A DNA stretch of 64,000 bases from Hydrurus foetidus (taxonomy: Eukaryota), in the NCBI GenBank assembly GCA_900617105.1, contig UYFQ01000001.1:2976001-3040000 (forward strand). Direction: 5' to 3'. The position numbers and the translations under genes were made by a program. Positions 60,308 to 64,000 of the stretch are shown here, in pieces (within the stretch, counting starts at the first letter, position 1; each line of letters starts with the position of its first letter). The notes beneath the pieces are model-generated. The model had not been told where the DNA came from. It did no database searches and saw only the letters and a list, made by a program, of their open reading frames with translations.

Positions 60308-62490
60308 TTTACCCTGCAAGTTTGAGCGCAATTGCGCCACTGGCCGCGCACGGGGCGTCCCCGGCACCGTATGTGCCCCAAATTCGCCTGTATCAACACT
60401 GGCTGGCAAAGCAGCGCGGCATTGCTTTTGATAACTACGCCGACCTGCACCATTGGTCTGTTACTGACCTCAGCACGTTTTGGCAAAGCATTTGGGACTA
60501 CTTTGACTTGCAGTCGCCCACGCCGCACAGCGCGGTGTTAACGCAGCCGCACATGCCCGGCGCGCAGTGGTTTGCGGGCGCGCAAGTCAACTATGCCGCG
60601 CAGGTGTTTCGCCATGTTGATGCGGCGCATGCAGCGGGCTACCCGGCCATCATCAACCACGACGAGGCCAGCCTTGCCAGCGGGCGGCCCGCCAACGAGC
60701 AGAGCTGGCCCGAGTTAAAAAACCGCGTGGCTGCACTGGCGCTGCACTTGCAAGCGCAAGGCGTGCAACCGGGCGACCGCGTGGCCGCGTATTTGCCTAA
60801 TATTCCAGAAGCGGCCATCGCCTTTTTGGCAACCGCAAGCATTGGCGGCGTGTGGAGCATTTGCGCCCCAGACATGGGGGCCGCCGCGGTGCTGGACCGC
60901 TTCCAGCAAATTGCGCCTACCGTGCTGATTGCCACAAACGGTGTTACGTACGGCGGCAAGCAGTTTGACCGCAGCGCCGTCGTCGACGCGTTGTGCGCCG
61001 GCTTGCCCTCAGTTCGTCACGTGATTGTTCTTGATGCGCCTGTTGCTATTAATTCAGAAGCTGGTCGCGCCCGTATTACTTGGTCTAAAGCGCTGTCAGA
61101 TATTGAAAATGCTGAAAAAATAGCCGCTTTTTCACCGCTGTGGCTGCCATTTGACCACCCATTGTGGATCGTGTACTCCAGCGGCACTACCGGCTTGCCC
61201 AAGCCCATCGTGCATGGCCACGGCGGCATTGTGGTGGTGGCGCTGGCCAACAAGGTGCTGCACAACGACGTGGGCTGCAGCTACGCTGCCAATTCGCTAG
61301 GCGAGCGTTATCACTGGTACAGCTCAACCGGCTGGGTGATGTGGAACGCGCAAATCAGCGGCTTGCTCAATGGCACCACCTGCGTGATTTTTGATGGCAA
61401 CCCCGGTGGAACGAAATCGGAGGGCCCCGTTGGTAGCCGAACGCAGCCCGACTGGACCACGTTGTGGCGATTTGCCGCACAAACGCGCGTGACTTTTTTT
61501 GGCGCGGGCGCGGCGTTTTTTGCCAACTGCATGAAGGCCGGGGTTGATTTGTCTGTATGCGGGGACTTGTCGCGGATACGGGCGCTCGGCTCTACCGGCT
61601 CGCCACTGTCAGTTGAAGCCCAACTGTGGGCCACTGATCAATTTGCCGCTCTGGGTACGCCCGGTATGTGGTTTTGTAATATTTCGGGCGGCACTGATTT
61701 TGCGGGTGCGTTCATTGGCGGTAACCGCGAGTTGCCGCTGGTCCCCGGGGAAATGCAATGCCGCCTGCTTGGTTGTGCCGTTCAGGCCTGGAACGAGTCT
61801 GCTCAGCCGGTTACCGGCGAAGTGGGTGAGCTGGTGTGTACGCAACCCATACCATCGATGCCTTTGTATTTTTGGGGGGATATTGAGCCCCCCGTCAGCG
61901 ATACCGACGACCCCCCGAAGGGGCGCGGGCTTAGCTTGGGGCGGCCCGGCGCGTCGCCCCGCCCAGGCGCGCGTTATTTGTCCAGTTACTTTGACATGTA
62001 CCCCGGCGTATGGCGCCACGGCGACTGGCTGAAAATCACACCTTCGGGCAGCTGCATCATCTACGGCCGCAGCGACGCCACCATCAACCGCCACGGCTTG
62101 AGGATGGGCACCAGCGAGCTGTACAGCGCGGTAGAGGCGCTGCCCGAGGTGCTGGACGCGCTGGTGGTCGATCTGGAATACCTGGGGCGCACCAGCTACA
62201 TGCCGCTGTTTGTCGTGCTGCGCCCGGGCGTAACGCAAGACGCGGCCATGAAAACCCGCCTGATGAACGCCATTGCCACCGCCTTGTCACCGCGCTTTTT
62301 ACCCAACGACATTTTTGAGGTGCCTGAAGTGCCCCGAACACTGTCGGGCAAAAAGCAAGAGCTGCCGATTAAAAAACTGCTGCTCGGCCAACCGCTGGAA
62401 AAAGTGGTGAACAAAGAAGCCATGGCGAACCCGGCATGCCTCGATTGGTACGTGGCGTTTGCCGCCGCGCACGCCTTGCGGGCGGGCTGA
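60304..62490 (+). CDS. Acetoacetate-CoA ligase with in-frame insertions (start uncertain)
   Basis: YSSGTTGLPK, WVMWN, ISGGTD, WRHGD, GRSDATINRHG. Confidence 0.92.
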   Translation: MIYPASLSAIAPLAAHGASPAPYVPQIRLYQHWLAKQRGIAFDNYADLHHWSVTDLSTFWQSIWDYFDLQSPTPHSAVLTQPHMPGAQWFAGAQVNYAAQVFRHVDAAHAAGYPAIINHDEASLASGRPANEQSWPELKNRVAALALHLQAQGVQPGDRVAAYLPNIPEAAIAFLATASIGGVWSICAPDMGAAAVLDRFQQIAPTVLIATNGVTYGGKQFDRSAVVDALCAGLPSVRHVIVLDAPVAINSEAGRARITWSKALSDIENAEKIAAFSPLWLPFDHPLWIVYSSGTTGLPKPIVHGHGGIVVVALANKVLHNDVGCSYAANSLGERYHWYSSTGWVMWNAQISGLLNGTTCVIFDGNPGGTKSEGPVGSRTQPDWTTLWRFAAQTRVTFFGAGAAFFANCMKAGVDLSVCGDLSRIRALGSTGSPLSVEAQLWATDQFAALGTPGMWFCNISGGTDFAGAFIGGNRELPLVPGEMQCRLLGCAVQAWNESAQPVTGEVGELVCTQPIPSMPLYFWGDIEPPVSDTDDPPKGRGLSLGRPGASPRPGARYLSSYFDMYPGVWRHGDWLKITPSGSCIIYGRSDATINRHGLRMGTSELYSAVEALPEVLDALVVDLEYLGRTSYMPLFVVLRPGVTQDAAMKTRLMNAIATALSPRFLPNDIFEVPEVPRTLSGKKQELPIKKLLLGQPLEKVVNKEAMANPACLDWYVAFAAAHALRAG
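61044..61110 (+). repeat. Dispersed repeat, copy 14 (intragenic, read in frame)
   Basis: TGCTATTAATTCAGAAGCTGGTCGCGCCCGTATTACTTGGTCTAAAGC translates as AINSEAGRARITWSKA. Confidence 0.75.
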
Positions 62491-62505
62491 CCCAAGTCCT
62501 AAACC

Positions 62506-63414
62506 CTACGTGCTGCGGCGCCGATTCACCAGCACAATGCCCGCCGCCACCGCCGCCAGCCCGGCCAGCAAACCGGGCGTAACCGCCTCTTTAAGCCAGA
62601 GCGAGCCGAAAAGCAAGGCAAACACCGGCGTTAAAAATACAAACACACTCATTTGCGTGGCGGGGTAGCGCGTCAGCATCCACATCCACACCAGGTAGCT
62701 GGCAAAAGCGCCGACCGCGGTTTGCAAAAAAAGCGACGTCAAGGCGAAGCTACTGAACTGCCACACCCACACCTCGCCAAGGGCTACCGACAGCACAGGC
62801 AAGGCCAATGCACTGACGCCCAATTGGTAAAACAGCAGCTTTTCTGGCGCAAGGGTGCTCAAGCGGGTGGCGCGTATGACCACGGTTGTCAGCGCCCACA
62901 ACAGGCCGGCCAGCAAACCCAGCGCGTCGCCAAGCGCTGTTGAGCCAGCGCCCACGCCCGGCCCGGCCAGCCAGCCTTCACGCAGCGCAAACGCCACACC
63001 GCCAAACGCACACAGCAAGCCCAGCCACTGCACCCGGCGCAGTTTTTCGGCCTTCACCCACAGCGGCAACAGTATGGCCACCCAAAAAGGCGAGGTGTAC
63101 AAAAACACGGTCAGCCGCGATGACGTGGTGTGCACCAGCCCCGCATAAATACAGGCGAACTCGCCCGCAAACAGGGCCCCGGCCAACACACCTGCGGCCA
63201 ACGAGCCGTCGCGTTTGAAGAGCGGTACGCCGCGCAGCGCGCACCACAACCACAGCAGCGCGGTGGCGCCGCCCAAACGCAGCGACGCTTGAAACATGGG
63301 CGGTATCTCGGTGATCGTGGCTTTGATCAATACCTGCTGCAAACCCCACAGCGCGCAGCAACCCAGCAGCAAGCTAACTGCCAGCGAATCGAGTTGAGTT
63401 TTACGCGAAGACAT
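62506..63414 (-). CDS. DMT/EamA transporter
   Basis: About 10 TM segments; LWGLQQV, PPMFQA..R, FLTPVFA. Confidence 0.92.
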   Translation of the reverse strand: MSSRKTQLDSLAVSLLLGCCALWGLQQVLIKATITEIPPMFQASLRLGGATALLWLWCALRGVPLFKRDGSLAAGVLAGALFAGEFACIYAGLVHTTSSRLTVFLYTSPFWVAILLPLWVKAEKLRRVQWLGLLCAFGGVAFALREGWLAGPGVGAGSTALGDALGLLAGLLWALTTVVIRATRLSTLAPEKLLFYQLGVSALALPVLSVALGEVWVWQFSSFALTSLFLQTAVGAFASYLVWMWMLTRYPATQMSVFVFLTPVFALLFGSLWLKEAVTPGLLAGLAAVAAGIVLVNRRRST

Positions 63415-63452
63415 GGCGGGTGAAGCAGGCAGCGGGACAGTGGCTTGTGAAC

Positions 63453-63516
63453 TGCTATTTATTAAATAGCTGCTCGCGCCCGTATTTATTGCGCTACAGC
63501 CTTATTTTGCTTAAAT
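63453..63516 (+). repeat. Dispersed repeat, copy 15 (supplies the hydrolase stop codon)
   Basis: TGCTATTTATTAAATAGCTGCTCGCGCCCGTATTTATTGCGCTACAGCC. Confidence 0.85.
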
Positions 63517-64000
63517 TGAAGGTCTAACCAGGCCTTAAGCGCCATAAACACCGGCGCAGGCTGCAGCTCGTTAAAAAGCTCGTGGTACATCCCGTCAAAA
63601 CACTGGGCCGTCACGCACCCGGGCACAACCGACGGCGATGTAGCTGCAGCCTTCGCAAAGCGGCGGCTCCCGTTCGGGTTGACCAATTTGTCATCGCCTG
63701 CGTACATCAGCAGCGTGGGTACGCGCCAAGTGGCAGCCGCTGCCAGCACTGCCGGCCCAGCAGTGGCGATAAATTTACCCAGGCGCGGCGACATGCGGTT
63801 GTGCACCAGCCGGTCAGCTTGGTAGGCCCGAATCACCTGCGCGTCGTGCGACAAATACTGTGCGTTCAGGCCGTTGCCAACCGTTAAATTCGGCAGCAGA
63901 CCTGGCAGCACGGCCAGCAGCAGCCGTTGCACCGCGCCCAAGCCGGCATCCAGCGCCGGAGAAGACAACGCCAGTTCATCAACCGGCCTGCGCTTGAGCG
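63486..64000 (-). CDS. Alpha/beta hydrolase (lysophospholipase-like), 5' part outside the window
   Basis: LSSPAL, LSHD..VI.AY..D.LV, AGDDKLV, YHELFNE. Confidence 0.88.
   Translation of the reverse strand, partial: LKRRPVDELALSSPALDAGLGAVQRLLLAVLPGLLPNLTVGNGLNAQYLSHDAQVIRAYQADRLVHNRMSPRLGKFIATAGPAVLAAAATWRVPTLLMYAGDDKLVNPNGSRRFAKAAATSPSVVPGCVTAQCFDGMYHELFNELQPAPVFMALKAWLDLQFKQNKAVAQ

Noticed and set aside
5591..63516. Dispersed repeat as integron attC sites or a split CRISPR
   Set aside because: No RYYYAAC/GTTRRRY ends, mixed orientation, irregular spacing, and no integrase.

Overview
Bacterial chromosomal window; gene content suggests Burkholderiales, probably Comamonadaceae-like (inference). 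(1) 1-5.4 kb: end of a type II-C-like CRISPR-Cas locus (cas1 3' end, cas2, 50 repeats of 36 bp, 49 spacers). A DUF4160/DUF2442 toxin-antitoxin (TA) pair sits between cas2 and the leader, and a ParE-type TA pair lies just beyond the array. (2) 9-22 kb: defence/TA hotspot with an AAA-DUF4143 ATPase, a SauUSI-like PLD-helicase-DUF3427 protein, several TA modules, orphan antitoxins and pseudogenes. (3) 22-34 kb: housekeeping genes, including topB-SWIB divergent from a SET-domain gene across a 26-nt alternating purine/pyrimidine tract. (4) 34-46 kb: three-gene operon for a ~2,470-aa DUF11-repeat surface protein, a large outer-membrane protein and an OmpA lipoprotein; two of the three carry homopolymer frameshifts. 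(5) 47-55 kb: mnmG-rsmG-parA-parB with two parS sites, suggesting origin proximity. (6) Metabolic genes to the end. A ~65-bp two-hairpin dispersed repeat occurs at least 15 times across the window, once in frame inside a gene. All calls come from reading the sequence and recalling motifs; no searches were run.
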